Positions 37,801 through 47,516 are shown, counted from the first letter of the stretch. The stretch: 64,000 bases of DNA from Thecamonas trahens ATCC 50062 (GCF_000142905.1 NW_013657666.1:382631-446630), one strand, 5' to 3'. Made by a program: numbers and translations. The notes: a model not told the origin generated them from the sequence alone.

Positions 37801-40044
37801 CTCGGCCCGTACCCTCCGCGCATGTCTGAAGACGGCCTCCGCATCACTGCCCAGTGCGCCGAAGGTTATGCTGACGAGTTTTGCTCCACCTGCGCTGCGG
37901 AATTTTACCAAGAGTATGGCGTGTGCCGGCCATGCGGCTCGGATGCCTCTGTCAAGGCCGAGGTCGCCATGATTCTGATTGTGGCTGGTGCCTACTTTTT
38001 TGTTGTTCTCCTCGCCCTCTTTTTCCTCTCAGCCAAGTCGCTTGTTAAGGTCGTCTCTGTTGTTGTCACCACCCAGCAGCTTGTCGCTGTCTTCAAGGTT
38101 GGCCTCCAGCAGCTCTCAGGCACGATCAAATCTGAGCTCTTCCCAACGATTGTGCGTGTGCTCTCGATTCTCAACTTTGAGATCGAGGTGGTCAAGCCCG
38201 GGTGCTCGGTCGGCGCGCTCTCGTTTATCTCGCTCTACTACGGAACCATCTCAGTGGTTATCCTCGCCGGTATCGCTTTCCTGCTTGTCGTCTGGCTGCG
38301 TACAGTTTCGTGCCTCGCGTCGAGCAAGATGTCTCGCCTGGACCACATGCTCAGCCATCGCAGTGGTGGCGATACAACGTCGCGGAGTGGCGGGACGACG
38401 GGTCGGTCTGGCACGTCAGTCGCACGGGCTTCAATGCTGCGCTCGCGTTCCAAGCATGCCATCATTATTCTTCTTGCGCTGGCCTACTTGCAGCTCTCGT
38501 TGCGCTCGCTACAAGCCATCAATTGTGTGCGTGTTGGTGACGGGAGCACTCGGCTGGTGGCCGAGCTCCGGGTCAAGTGCTATCAGGGCGAGCATCTTCC
38601 GGCAGCAGTGGTGGGGTGGATTGTGGTCGTCAGTGTCTGTGCCGCCTTTCCCATTTGGATGGCTGCAAAGGGCGTGCAGATGTACTGGGCGCTGCGTGCG
38701 CGACGGACCGAGGTTATCCGGGTGGCCATGGAGGCGTACGGCTTCTTGCTCCGTGGACTCAAACCACCGTTCTTCTGGTTCCGTGCGCTCCAGTTCCTCT
38801 CCACCTTGGCCTTTGTGGCCGAGACTGTCTTTATTGGTGACGAGTCGTCGCGCATCTTTGCCACTATCATCAACTTTGTGGTGACCATGATCCTCGTGGC
38901 GCTGCTGGATCCTTTCCGCGACACGCTGCACACGCTGCTGTCGATCGGATCGGGTCTGCTCTCCTCGGGTCAGCTCATGTACTTTCTCTACCTCGAAGAC
39001 CGGACCTTGTTTGGGATCTCGGTCGGGTTTCAGCTCGTCTTTCTCGTTTTGGTCGTCTCGCTCCTCACCTTTCACCTCTTGCGGCGACGGCGGAGGTCGG
39101 CGCAAGTTCACGCGCAAGGCACAGTCCCCGACGCCGTCAAAGCCCTCATGCTGGGAGCACAGACATCATCCGCTTTTGTGCTGCACGACCCAGGCTCGTT
39201 GGTTCTGGCGGAAGGTCCGGCCACTGGCATGTTCTCGTCGGCGTCGGACATCTCCTCCTTCTCGTCGTCTACTTCCACGTCATCGTCGGCAACGTCGACA
39301 TCGTCGGCAACGTCGACATCATCGTCGTCGACATCGTCGTCGTCGTTGGCGTCTAGCCGGAAAGATGTGGTATCGATTGCGCATCGGCCGACGGCCGACT
39401 CGAGGCCGGCATCGGGCCTGTTATCAGGTACGCCTGGCACGTCGCGGAATGGCACCACGTCGTCGCGGCCGACGTTCACGCCGGCGTCGTCATCATTCGA
39501 TTTCGCAAGTTCCGAGCTCGAGCAAGCAGACATGTTGTCACCCGCCAAAGACTCGACTGTCTCGCTGGACAAGCTGTCTGGCATGCGTTCGATTGATTCG
39601 TTGCGGCGAAGTGGGCCGAGGAAGCAGATGTCGCGGGCAGTGTCGACAACTTTGATCAATCAGGCGCCGCAGAAGCGGCGCAGGCGACGCAACAGGGCTT
39701 CGCGGCGGCAGACGCACGCAACCGGTGTCTTTTCGACTGGAAATTTACATCGCTACCAGAGCCAATCCCCTGCGGGAACAGCCTCAAGCCCTGCGCTTCC
39801 GCCTGCCGGCTGTGGAAGGCAGCGTCGGCGTCGTCGTCCGCCACAGCCCAGGCCGGACAACATCGCTGACCTAGATCATGATGCTATCTTGAGCGAAGTT
39901 GACGCATTTGTTGCTTCTTCAACCAGTTGCAACGTTGGCATGGTTTCAACGCCAACATTGCCCGCTGCAGCCGCGACCTCACCACCGTCGTCGACCTCGT
40001 CGACCTCGACCTCAACCTCGTCGACCTCGACCTCGACTTTGTAG
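34882..40044 (+). CDS. Large cell-surface multipass protein: signal peptide, Pmp-like GGA(I/V) beta-helix repeats, EGF-like Cys domain, Ser-Pro(n) stalk, Cys-rich domain, ~7+ TM helices, Ser-rich tail
   Basis: Hydrophobic N-terminus (VVGVAAVLAVLMALGACDA). About 11 GG(A/G)(I/V)-type motifs, often preceded by NxA. CPTGWTGTRC, ~260 aa of SPPPP repeats, CPGGARFWPMAGYW and CAEGY...FCSTC, then multiple TM segments. Intronless ORF. Confidence 0.85.
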   Translation: MMLTTYGSRPCWRGRFGVVGVAAVLAVLMALGACDAATLTVPTAGYSIQNIIAVVESAADGDIVEIGPGKWTNCSSPITGRGLGITLTLTGAGMGTTILDCELSNHILSAVPDFDNWTIRELTILRSGSVTDAVETKGGVILVKPGSSITFECVEMAECARSGLSPATYKGGAVHVNANGYVGFINSIIRDSYTSGQGGAITMTNGANVLFDNTTIANCSADAGGAMRAAGGLLIIRDGGLLVTGCTASQAGGILLRGATLAGNGTITLRNNVATTADGGGISIETDRTNGTIGAIVATGNSAAGCGGGVYWGNGAELDVPGGVVSSGNTAMDGGGICFAKGQKVEYVFLNSRSNMTGNTAIRYGGGVYVSTEATWMIMDGVTVTDNTADDGSGVFVDSGGKNVKPRLFNMVITRNFSPNGGALALAHHSNSDVDTAGTVSCGNHGANNEHVDVHCHGPSRLVNPVPGGCNQGTRCLRASSACTLEATCSAACPTGWTGTRCELKTNCATDWGNSSCAECSSGWWTTSAPGPEYGTCIVAPSPPPPSPPPPPPSPPPPPPSSPPPPPSPPPPPPPSPPPPPPSPPPPPSPPPPPPPPSPPSPPPPPSPPPPPPSPPPPPSPPPPPPPSPPPPPPSPPPPPPPSPPPPPPSPPPPPPPSLPPPPSPPPPPPSPPPPPPPSPPPPPSPPPPPPPSPPSPPPSPPPPPPPSPPPPPPSPPPPPPPSPPPPPSPPPPPPSPPPPSPPPPPPLSPSPPPPPPPSPPPPPSLPPPPPPSPPPPSPSPPPPPPPSPPPPPPPPPPQAGPKVPDPVSWTLSPSVSPFAGGVAMVLTRTRATPRLPDFVVGSGYELSMPVFADDGDDEPVYTATLPCVVAGPNTLAFVSAASNKTGYHSLALVAALGSRHRLPQLITYVEHECYDEGFVWYGGRCQPCSRFKGAHCPGGARFWPMAGYWSPSESVPPTKCRLPSACPGSVGELGPYPPRMSEDGLRITAQCAEGYADEFCSTCAAEFYQEYGVCRPCGSDASVKAEVAMILIVAGAYFFVVLLALFFLSAKSLVKVVSVVVTTQQLVAVFKVGLQQLSGTIKSELFPTIVRVLSILNFEIEVVKPGCSVGALSFISLYYGTISVVILAGIAFLLVVWLRTVSCLASSKMSRLDHMLSHRSGGDTTSRSGGTTGRSGTSVARASMLRSRSKHAIIILLALAYLQLSLRSLQAINCVRVGDGSTRLVAELRVKCYQGEHLPAAVVGWIVVVSVCAAFPIWMAAKGVQMYWALRARRTEVIRVAMEAYGFLLRGLKPPFFWFRALQFLSTLAFVAETVFIGDESSRIFATIINFVVTMILVALLDPFRDTLHTLLSIGSGLLSSGQLMYFLYLEDRTLFGISVGFQLVFLVLVVSLLTFHLLRRRRRSAQVHAQGTVPDAVKALMLGAQTSSAFVLHDPGSLVLAEGPATGMFSSASDISSFSSSTSTSSSATSTSSATSTSSSSTSSSSLASSRKDVVSIAHRPTADSRPASGLLSGTPGTSRNGTTSSRPTFTPASSSFDFASSELEQADMLSPAKDSTVSLDKLSGMRSIDSLRRSGPRKQMSRAVSTTLINQAPQKRRRRRNRASRRQTHATGVFSTGNLHRYQSQSPAGTASSPALPPAGCGRQRRRRRPPQPRPDNIADLDHDAILSEVDAFVASSTSCNVGMVSTPTLPAAAATSPPSSTSSTSTSTSSTSTSTL
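36500..37276 (+). repeat. Low-complexity (CCG/CCT-rich) array encoding an extensin-like Ser-Pro(3-9) stalk
   Basis: Translation is PSPPPPSPPPPPPSPPPPPPSS... for about 260 residues. Confidence 0.95.
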
Positions 40045-40213
40045 TCGAGATCGTAAAGCACAAACATCACGACGATAGCGATAGGTAACTCATGATGTTC
40101 ATCACACGCTGCGGTCATCACTCGACAACAACTGGAGGCCGAGCCGTTCCCACGCCCAGTCCCGTGTGCATGGATTGGCGCCTGCGCCCGCGCCAGCACC
40201 ACTTTGTCCGCGC

Positions 40214-40967
40214 TCAGCCACACTCACACTCGACTCTTGTGACAAGTACGAATACAAACAGGACGAGAGGGAGGGAGTGAGGGAGAGAGGAAGGGAGGGA
40301 GGGGGGAGTGGGGGAGGGGGGGGGGGGGTCCGAGGGGGAGTTCTGGACCACTGCCTGGATAAAGCCGCGAATCGAGGTTCCGCGCAGCCGCCGGTGCTCG
40401 GCGTACGAGTACTCATCGCTGTTGTTGAGCAGAACAAAGTACTGGATGACACGCTGGGTGATCATCCTGGAGTATGACGAGAGATTAGTCACGCAAACGA
40501 CAATTGAGACCCTATTGGTTCCGCGATGCGTCAACTCGATCATGGCCTGGTTGAACGCCACCAACTTGGCCTTGCGCTCGTTAGTGTTCCCGTCCCGGAG
40601 CCAGGCAAAGGCACACGAGTAGAACTTGGCGAACCGCGAGTACGGGTCGTTGAGCGAGCGCGAGACGAGAAGCGGAATCGAGGCAAACTTGAACGCCGCC
40701 AGCGCAACCATCACCGGCGCGTACATGAGGAGCATGCCAGCAGCGGCCAAANNNNNNNNNNNNNNNNNNNNNNNNNNNNNNNNNNNNNNNNNNNNNNNNN
40801 NNNNNNNNNNNNNNNNNNNNNNNNNNNNNNNNNNNNNNNNNNNNNNNNNNNGGCATCGACTTTGGTCTCACACACGGATCTCTCGTACTGGCCGTCGCCG
40901 CTCAGCCGCTCCGGAACCCCCCATGCCGGCATCACACCATCCAGCGAACCGCTCGCCGTCGTCATGT
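40214..40967 (-). CDS. Hypothetical protein interrupted by an N-gap
   Basis: Coding-like ORF (…MLLMYAPVMVALAAFKFASIPLLVSRSLNDPYSRFAKFYSCAFAWL…) below the gap and MTTASGSLDGVMPAWG… above it. No family recognised. Confidence 0.4.
40752..40851. other. Assembly gap (100 N)
   Basis: Ns. Confidence 1.
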
Positions 40968-41211
40968 CCAGCCCGACTTCCAAAACTCCATCCAACCCCC
41001 CCGCTCCCTGACCTCCCCCGAGGCGCCCCGGGGCCCGGGAGGGGGGAAATGCGTGGACTCCAATGTGCCCACCATGATGATCCAGGCCCCTCATTTCCCC
41101 GGTTATTCACCCTTCCCCCTCCCCCCCCCCCCTTCCCCCCCCCCCCCCCCTCTCAACCGATTTCTTGTGCTCGACCATCATCGCGGGGAACAGCAAAGAC
41201 GGCGTAGCACT

Positions 41212-41579
41212 GACGACGGCGCAACCATCGGTGGCATGGTTAGATCTGGCGAGGGGGACGATGGTTGGTGGAGAGGCAAAACAGTAGGCGGAGTCGGACG
41301 CGTTGTCGAAGTCAGAGGCGGAGCAGCGGCAGCGATGGCAGGGGCCGATGGATCGCTGGGCGCGACGGCGGTAGCGGAGCAGCAAGGGCAAGGAGGACGA
41401 CGGCGCAACCATCGGTGGCATGGTTAGATCTGGCGAGGGGGACGATGGTTGGTGGAGAGGCAAAACAGTAGGCGGAGTCGGACGCGTTGTCGAAGTCAGA
41501 GGCGGAGCAGCGGCAGCGATGGCAGGGGCCGATGGATCGCTGGGCGCGACGGCGGTAGCGGAGCAGCAAGGGCAAGGAG
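41212..41579 (+). repeat. Exact 184-bp tandem duplication covering the PIG-P 5' region
   Basis: GACGACGGCGCAACCATCGGTGGCATGG...GGGCAAGGAG at 41212-41395 is repeated at 41396-41579. Confidence 0.9.
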
Positions 41580-41986
41580 GAGTTGAGCGTCGGAGCAGGA
41601 AGGGATCCAAGACCGAGGTGTACGGCTTTGTGGGTTGGGTAGCGTCGACGCTGGTGATGATGGTGTACATTGCATGGGCGTTCTCATCAGACGAGACCCT
41701 GTTCTCCCTGGGTATCTCGTACTTTCCATCCAGGTATTGGGCGGTGGCGTTGCCGGCCTTTCTTGTCGCCATCATGCTCTGCGTGCTCCCGGCGTTATTT
41801 GCGGTGACTCTCTCGCTCACCCGCCCGCTCACCAGCCTCGATCTCGTCTTTGATGAGCACACCAAGCCGCCGGTGGAAAAGGTGCATCCAGACGCCCTCG
41901 CGCCACTGTACGACATTCCGCTGTCGGTTGTCAACGAGCTCATGTACGACCACGCTCACACAGACAGCCGGGCGGCATGGAGCTGA
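41519..41986 (+). CDS. PIGP: GPI-GlcNAc transferase subunit PIG-P/Gpi19 (start 41519 or 41420)
   Basis: EVYGFVGW...YIAWAF....LGISYFPSRYWAVALP and C-terminal LYDIPLSVVNELMY are PIG-P family motifs, with two TM helices. Confidence 0.9.
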   Translation: MAGADGSLGATAVAEQQGQGGVERRSRKGSKTEVYGFVGWVASTLVMMVYIAWAFSSDETLFSLGISYFPSRYWAVALPAFLVAIMLCVLPALFAVTLSLTRPLTSLDLVFDEHTKPPVEKVHPDALAPLYDIPLSVVNELMYDHAHTDSRAAWS

Positions 41987-42703
41987 CGGATGCAGGCTGA
42001 CATGACAACACGCGATGACCAGTGATGGCCGTCGATGGCAGGATACAGCAGAAAGCGATTGACCGCCTGCTCGGCGACATTGTCGTCAGCCCGCCTGCAT
42101 GTGCGGCGATTCTTGTATGTCCGCGTTGACCGGTTCCTGTTGACGCCGTTTGACGGAACACGTACTGGTCACGCGAGCATCTCGGTTCGCTCTTCAGCGG
42201 CTTCAACACAGCCTTGCTTTCTGTGTTGGACATGTCATATGTACAAAGTAAAAGTGGACGTAATAGGGATGATGATGATCTGTGACTGCTGGTCCACACG
42301 CGAGAGACAACGCGAGCTGGTGACAGCTAATGAGGTCTACGCTGGCAAACGTTGCATATCCTCTTAATTGGCTCCGCTGTGACTGGTCAAGGGGTGGGAG
42401 GGAAAACCGACTTGGTCTTCTGGCACAACCCTGACCAGTCAGCGACCAGAGCAACCGTAGCAATCATTGGCGCAAGCCTGATTAAGTACTCGTCTCGCCT
42501 AGCTTCCGTCCCGAGCTACGCCCTCAGCGGGGACTCTTTGCTGTTAAGCTGTCTCCAAGCAGAGGTGAGTAAGTCACACAAGACACAGAGCCATGCCTGT
42601 TGAGGTCTGGGCGTGGGGAGCGGGTGGTGGCGGCCGAATTTCGTCGTATGGTGTTCTTCGCCGTGGCGTGAAGAATGATTCGCCGCTCGTCGTCCTCCCT
42701 CCA

Positions 42704-44524
42704 ATGGCGGCAGCCGGTAGTTACCCACTCCCAAAGTATGCCGAGATCGTGAGGGCAACGTACTCGGCGATACATAGCAAGCAGGCGTGTGGGGTCCGTA
42801 GAGGGTACAAGGTGACGTCGGTCCGCAAACTCGCTATCTCGGACACCGACCAAGAGCCGCTCGAGTCCGCTGGCACGTCCGAGTCATCGCGGCGGCGGCC
42901 GACCGATGACACAGGATCTCGCGGCGAGTCGATGCAGACTGTCGAGACAATTCCTGGCGCCTCCATGTCGATGCTGGACACAATGATGGTTCAGACTGGG
43001 CTTGGTCTGGAGGACGAGGACGTGCTTGTCCGCCAGCTGCGGCGCAAATTCAACAAGATGCGCATCATGCGCGAGACCCGGGCAGCCATGGCGAGCTCGA
43101 CCAAGTCCCTGGCGGGTGGAAAGTCGGCCGAAGCCCTGGACCTGCCGGAGGACAGCAGGCGAGCGAGCCGTAAGCGGTTGGATGCTTCGCGCCGCTTTCG
43201 CCGGCGGACCGAGATGCCTGGGCAGAAGGCGAAGAATGCCAGCATTGACTTTGAGGCGTGGAAGAAGGCGCACGAGCGCCTGCAGTCGTCATCGACGTCG
43301 AGCACCTCGAGCAGTGCGTCGATCGCAGCCAAGGACGATGGTGCCGCCTTGAAAAGCAGCAAGCGGCGCAAGTCCAGCAGCAACTCGATCAAGGCACGCA
43401 AGGGGAAGCGGCGTGGGAAAAGCAGCAGCTCGACGTCCGGGACCGGAGACCTGCCGCTGGGTCTCAACCAGACAAGCAGCTCGTCGTCTGAGGGCGCCGC
43501 AAAGAAGAAGAAGAAGCGGCATGGGTCACGCCGCCTGTCGAGCCGAAGCCGACGGAGGAAGTCGAGCTCAAAATCGGTGGAGAAGGACGAACCGACAGTG
43601 GATAAGCACAACGAGGCCAAGCGGGCGCTGATGCGCGAGCTAGCCAAGGAAGCACACGCGTCGATGAAGAATGTGGACGTACAGCTCTCAACAAGCCACG
43701 GTTCACCCTCGAGCGACGTGTTCTACTCGTCGGAGAGCAGCACAACAAGCACCTCATCGTCGACCACATCGTCGACCACGTCCTCAAGCAGCTCGAGCTG
43801 CACGAGTGTACCCCAGCCGGATCCCGACACCAGGCTGGACGACCGGTGGCTCGAGGCACGGCGCAACTCGATGTATAACGCCAAGTCGCCATCGATGGAC
43901 AAGCTGCGGTCGCTGGCGGAAACTTCGTTCGGGCTCTACACCTCGATGCCATGCTCGTCGGTATTGAGCACAAATGGCGACCTACATTCTGCCCGGATCT
44001 ACAGCGATGTGAATGCAAGCCTTGGCTCGCTCCGGTTGTCACGGGCTGACCTTGTCCAGCACCTCAACGAGGGCATGAACGAGCCGACTTTGGAGCCGGC
44101 GTCGCACCTGGAAGGCCACCTCGCGCCGAGGATGGTGGCAACGATGAGTGGGGATACCAGCCCAGGCGTGCCACAGCCGTTCAAGCGTCAGTCGCGAGTC
44201 CGCTGGGATCTGGCGGCTACCCAGGAGTTTGTCATCGGCGAGCCGCATGACGACGTGCTGTTGTCGACTTCGCTAGACTCGTCGTTGTCGTCTTCGGTTG
44301 GCCTGCCGAGGCTGGACAAGCCGCGGAGTGAGCTCATCGCCGAGTTGAAGGCGTGGTCAGTCTCGTTCGATGCTTCGATTGCGGCCTTGTCGACGAGTCT
44401 CGTCGCTCCACGCGGGCAGAACAACTTTTCAGCCTCGCTTATTACCGGGATTCAGTCTGCGCCAACACCCGAGACTGCACCGCTCTTGGTCGAGCCGCTG
44501 ATGGAGCAGATTAAGGAGGCGTAG
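42704..44524 (+). CDS. Ser/Lys/Arg-rich, largely disordered hypothetical protein (start 42704 or 42593)
   Basis: Long ORF with coding-like codon usage. It has basic NLS-like runs (KKKKKR, RRRK) and an RVRW motif. Confidence 0.65.
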   Translation: MAAAGSYPLPKYAEIVRATYSAIHSKQACGVRRGYKVTSVRKLAISDTDQEPLESAGTSESSRRRPTDDTGSRGESMQTVETIPGASMSMLDTMMVQTGLGLEDEDVLVRQLRRKFNKMRIMRETRAAMASSTKSLAGGKSAEALDLPEDSRRASRKRLDASRRFRRRTEMPGQKAKNASIDFEAWKKAHERLQSSSTSSTSSSASIAAKDDGAALKSSKRRKSSSNSIKARKGKRRGKSSSSTSGTGDLPLGLNQTSSSSSEGAAKKKKKRHGSRRLSSRSRRRKSSSKSVEKDEPTVDKHNEAKRALMRELAKEAHASMKNVDVQLSTSHGSPSSDVFYSSESSTTSTSSSTTSSTTSSSSSSCTSVPQPDPDTRLDDRWLEARRNSMYNAKSPSMDKLRSLAETSFGLYTSMPCSSVLSTNGDLHSARIYSDVNASLGSLRLSRADLVQHLNEGMNEPTLEPASHLEGHLAPRMVATMSGDTSPGVPQPFKRQSRVRWDLAATQEFVIGEPHDDVLLSTSLDSSLSSSVGLPRLDKPRSELIAELKAWSVSFDASIAALSTSLVAPRGQNNFSASLITGIQSAPTPETAPLLVEPLMEQIKEA

Positions 44525-44688
44525 TCTTCCTATAAGTTATACTGCAATATTTATTCTGCTCCGAGTGAAACGAGTGGCTGCTCCGAGTGAAACGAGTGGC
44601 GGCGGTTGGCAGAGTGGCAGCGGGCGAACGAGTGGCGGCGGCAGACGACGCGGAAGAGGCAACACCTCTCGTTGCCATTTTGAGACAA

Positions 44689-45547
44689 ATGTCGTCTGCT
44701 GATCCCATGGTTGATGCGCCGAGCGCAAGTGGCAAGGCCAAGTCCAAGTCCAAGGCCAAGTCCAAGTCCAAGGCCAAGTCCAAGGACAAGTCTAAGGCCA
44801 AGTCCAAGTCCAAGTCCAAGTCCAAGTCCAAGGCCAAGTCCAAGGACAAGTCCAAGTCCAAGGACAAGCGCAAGCGGGAGGACGAGACCGAGGAGGACAA
44901 CGCCGCGGATGCCACCGCATCGCCTGCTTCCAAGAAGCCCAAGGTTGATCTCTCGGCCATGACCTGGCGCGAGCGCAAGCAGTACCTCATGCGCCAGGAG
45001 AAGGAGCAGGCGTCGGCGGCCGACGAGGCCCATCTTGTCGACGTCGGTGCAAAGGTACGTACCACGGGAGCTGCTCAGCAGCCGCTCAGGGTAGAGCTAT
45101 TGACCTAGGGAGGCGACCTGTTCGTGTTCCGGACCCAAGCACGGGTCAGGGATTGGGTGGATGGTGGATGGATGCACTCCTTGTCCTGTACAGGGCGGGG
45201 CAAGGGGGGTGGGGGAGAGTCTCTCATCATCTCCCATCCAGATCCTCCCATCCACCCACCAACATTGCCTGCCAGGGATGGAGGAAGAGGAAGGGGGAGG
45301 GGCGAGAGGGCGGGAAGGGGAGGGAGGGATAGGGTGGTGGGAGGGGGAGGGGGGATGGCTTTGCACTCACTTATTGCTGCACTCTCTTCCGTGGTTGGCG
45401 TGGTGGTGGCTTGGCTTGTCGGTGGCTGGCTCGTCATCGCCTGTCGGACTGTGGCGGTTTTGCGGCTCGAATGCTCAATTTCGCTCTGCAACGAATGGAC
45501 GACGACGTTATTGATGGACACAGCTCCGCGAGCTGGCCAACTACTAA
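44689..45547 (+). CDS. Small lysine-rich (SK/AK repeat) protein, probable join(44689..45054,45524..45547)
   Basis: MSSADPMVDAPSASGKAKSKSKAKSK...KRKREDE...MTWRERKQYLMRQEKE...GAK ends at a GTACGT donor (45055). A CAG acceptor at 45523 gives LRELANY-stop. The second exon is inferred. Confidence 0.6.
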
Positions 45548-45770
45548 GAGCGGACATGGCCATGCTTGCCTTTATTTTTGCGACCTACTACGGTTGTCGG
45601 GCCGCTGCGAAGCGACGACGGCTCGAAGTAGGTGGCCTGACCTGGGTTGGGTCTGGATGGTGGGGATGCGAGTCGGTCGACGACATGACGCACTGCGACG
45701 TCATCGTCGGCGCTCGCAGACAACGGTAAAGATATGGACAGCACAATTAGGCGACCAGGGGCCACGAGGT

Positions 45771-47264
45771 TCAGGAGAAGATCGGATCGGGGAGGAGCTC
45801 GGGCCGGAGGCGCGGCGGCGAGCGACCGAGGTCGGCCGAGGTCGAGGCGTAGGCAGCCGAGACCAGCTTGTTGTGCAGGTCGCGGACATGGGCATCCGAC
45901 ACGACCAGCTCGTCAGCGAGCTTGGCCAGCGTGTCGTGGGCGGCAACGAGGCCTTTCGACTTGGCTTCGATCTCGCGCTCGGCGCAGAGCAGCTCGTCCA
46001 GAGTGGCGCGCAGCGAGTCTCGCAGCCGGTCGGCCTCGTCCTCGGCCTCGCGTCGGGCGCGCTGCTCCATATGCAGTGCGTGCTCGAGTTCGCCGATGCG
46101 TGACTGCAACTCGGCGACGCGAAGGTGGGTCTGGGCGGCATGGCTCGGCGGCGTTGCCGCCTCGCGCTCGCTTCGGACCCGGGCACGCTCGCGAGTGAGC
46201 GCCAGTTCTTGGGTGAGGCTCTCGATGATGCGATGGAGGCGAGCCATGTCAGAGTTGCGCCCCTCGTCGACGACATCATGGTCTGCGGATGTACCGTCGA
46301 ACAATTGGTTGGCGAGGTCGTGGTCTGCGGATGTGCTGTTGAGCGATTGGTCGGCGAGGTCGTGGTCTGCGGGTGTGCCGTCGAGCGATTGGTCGGCGAG
46401 GTCGCGGTCTGCGGATGTGCCGTCGAGCGATTGGTCGGCGAGGTCGCGGTCTGCGGATGTGCCGTCGAGCGATTGGTCGGCGAGGTCGTGGTCTGCGGAT
46501 GTGCCGTCGAGCGATTGGTCGGCGAGGTCGCGGTCTGCGGATGTGCCGTCGAGCGATTGGTCAGCGAGGTCGCGGTCTGCGGATGTGCCGTCGAGCGATT
46601 GGTCGGCGAGGTCGCGGTCTGCGGGTGTGCCGTCGAGCTCCTCGTCAACACCGCCGTGGTCTGCGGATGTGCCGTCGAACTCCTCGTCAACACGGCCGTG
46701 GTCTGCGGATGTAACTTCAAGTGGCTCGACGGCGTTGCCATGGCCACCAGGCGCACTTGCGCGAGAGACAGATACTTCCTCCACGGCGCCAGAAATACCA
46801 TCATCTGCAACATCAACCTCTTCCCAGCCACCCCCAGTCTCGTTGCTCAGATCGGTGCCGTCTCCGATCACGTCTTCCTCGTCATCGTAGACGTACTCAA
46901 ACTCAAACTCAAAGCCCTCGCCCTCGCCATCCGCGTCGCCTTCGCCATCCGTCTCGCCAGCCTCCCATCTATCCGCGCTCTCGCTCGCACCATCTCCAGT
47001 CCAGCATCCAGGCCCATCGTCGCAAACAGAGGCGCCTGCCGCACCAGCTGCGTTCTCTGCTGACAGCATGTCGCCGCGAGCCGCCGCAGCAGCAAGGGCC
47101 GACTCGACGCCGGAGAGGACGTGCTCGCAGGCGGTAGACGCTTCCATGAGCGCACTGTAGAGCTCGTCACTCTCGCCACCGCTGCTGGCTTGGCCTCTAC
47201 TCCCTACACCTGGTCCTCCTTCTGCTCCCGTCGCTGTCACCCTCTTGTCACCCTCTTGGCTCAT
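45771..47264 (-). CDS. Acidic hypothetical protein with 14-aa repeats and a C-terminal coiled coil
   Basis: ORF 45771-47297 with likely ATG at 47264. LDGTSADRDLADQS repeats are followed by RLHRIIESLTQELALTRE...ELEHALHMEQRARREAE. Confidence 0.75.
   Translation of the reverse strand: MSQEGDKRVTATGAEGGPGVGSRGQASSGGESDELYSALMEASTACEHVLSGVESALAAAAARGDMLSAENAAGAAGASVCDDGPGCWTGDGASESADRWEAGETDGEGDADGEGEGFEFEFEYVYDDEEDVIGDGTDLSNETGGGWEEVDVADDGISGAVEEVSVSRASAPGGHGNAVEPLEVTSADHGRVDEEFDGTSADHGGVDEELDGTPADRDLADQSLDGTSADRDLADQSLDGTSADRDLADQSLDGTSADHDLADQSLDGTSADRDLADQSLDGTSADRDLADQSLDGTPADHDLADQSLNSTSADHDLANQLFDGTSADHDVVDEGRNSDMARLHRIIESLTQELALTRERARVRSEREAATPPSHAAQTHLRVAELQSRIGELEHALHMEQRARREAEDEADRLRDSLRATLDELLCAEREIEAKSKGLVAAHDTLAKLADELVVSDAHVRDLHNKLVSAAYASTSADLGRSPPRLRPELLPDPIFS
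46270..46710 (-). repeat. 42-bp coding tandem repeat, about 10 copies
   Basis: GTCTGCGGATGTGCCGTCGAGCGATTGGTCGGCGAGGTCGCG units on the + strand. Confidence 0.9.
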
Positions 47265-47396
47265 CTCCCGCGGAAACGGTAAAGAGTAGAGTGCCAAGTG
47301 CCGTCACGCGAGTCGTCGGACGATGCGAGTCCTGACCTTGACCCGGCCATAGACGGGTGTCGATCTGATGTGGCGGGCTCTACAGAGTGTGACATG

Positions 47397-47463
47397 GATC
47401 GATTGTGTTATTCTGCCCTCGCTGGAAAACGGGGGTGCGCTCTAAGAAGAGCGCAGGTTGTTG
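47397..47463 (-). promoter_or_regulatory. H2A 3' stem-loop plus conserved downstream element
   Basis: Minus strand reads CAACAACC TGCGCTCT TCTT AGAGCGCA CCCCC GTTTTC CAGC GAGGGCAGAATAACACA ATCGATC. The stem-loop (47455-47436) starts 61 nt after the stop. Confidence 0.85.
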
Positions 47464-47516
47464 TAGGACGTGTTAGGTCCAGAGCACGCGTGCGCGAGCC
47501 GAAAGGCGAAGCTTGC

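Noticed and set aside
46270-46710. 42-bp array as a CRISPR or regulatory repeat
   Set aside because: It is an in-frame 14-aa coding repeat without spacers.
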